From Squalus acanthias (Eukaryota): a stretch of DNA of 64,000 bases. The notes beneath the pieces were generated by a model that made no database searches, had not been told where the DNA came from, and saw only the letters and a list, made by a program, of their open reading frames with translations. A program made the translations under genes and the position numbers. Positions 63,200 through 64,000 of this stretch are shown piece after piece. The stretch covers positions 16,680,001 through 16,744,000 of the forward strand of contig CM059433.1 of assembly GCA_030390025.1 (NCBI GenBank). The letters are read 5' to 3'. The stretch's first letter is position 1. Every line of letters starts with the position of its first letter.

Positions 63200-64000
63200 A
63201 TTCCACTTTTTCAGGGCATAATAGGTGGGTTGAGCAGCTATTCTGGACCTGGTCTTTACAAATGATCCAAGTATGGTATGTAAAATGTGAGGAACAGCTA
63301 GCACACAGTAATCGTATTATCATTAGAAGTGAAATGGGTATGAGGGTAGCTAAAAGGGATATGCAGAAATAGTGGACATTAAAATAGCAGACTTTGAGCG
63401 AATTCAAAATGAATTTAAAGAGCTAAACTGGAGCAAATTAATAGTTGCGAAATTAGTCAGTGGGATTCAAAAGTGTGTCCTGGGTATAATTAACAGTGGT
63501 GGACGTAACAACTTTGTGCAGATATCGGGTTCAAACACTGGTATGTAAGCGCATTATGTCCGATTTGAGGTTTCTCTACCAGGCTCAGTTCAGTTTTGCA
63601 TCCAAGCTGGTCTGTACATTACATACTAAAAGATCACCCGAAATGGTACAATGTTTCCTGAGCAGCTAGTCAATAGGTGAACGCACGTTAATATCCCTCA
63701 CCCTGAGATTGTGCAGCAAGGGCGACAATGGCCACCACGAGCCATCCTTTCTTGTTCAAGCTGCAGCAGTGTGGAATTCCCGTCCCCAAATCTATTGTTT
63801 GTTTTTGCATCTGACAATTCCTGTGTTGAGTACAAACATCGGCCGAATGGCCTGCAACTGTGCTGTAAATTCTATGTAGTTCCATGTAAACCAAAGAAGA
63901 GAACAACTTGGTTAAGTATGACGTAAAGAGTAGTATTAATGATAAGAACAAGGCTTTCAAAACATACAGGGAATTTGGAGGATTGAGTAAATAATAAAAG
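63200..64000 (+). mobile_element. Ancient CR1 ORF2 endonuclease/linker remnant, interrupted
   Basis: AILDLVFTND at ~63236, ADFERIQNEFKELNWS at ~63386, VKSSINDKNKAFK at ~63923. Confidence 0.6.

Overview
This is repeat-dense vertebrate genomic DNA, very probably from a cartilaginous fish (shark or ray). That inference rests on HE1-type V-SINEs, Deu-domain (SacSINE1-like) SINEs and CR1/L2/Penelope families of the kind known from elasmobranchs. I recognise no intact host protein-coding gene: the window looks intergenic or intronic, and most ORFs in the track are transposon-derived or spurious. Main content: (i) many CR1 and L2 LINE fragments, including a CR1 with an SGNH-esterase ORF1 and a CR1 with a 511-aa open RT region; (ii) Penelope-like elements (RT + GIY-YIG) whose terminal repeats carry minimal type-I hammerhead ribozyme motifs (three intact cores, one split by a MITE at the cleavage triplet, one truncated); (iii) a PIF/Harbinger family group: one near-full-length two-gene copy (spliced Myb/SANT gene + convergent DDE transposase), a derivative that lost the transposase core, a third decayed copy, and about ten GG-ended MITEs with non-canonical target-site duplications (TSDs) and TGACAG palindromes; (iv) two LTR-like inserts and several tRNA-derived SINEs. 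Boundaries of decayed repeats are approximate; family names come from motif recognition, not from a database search.
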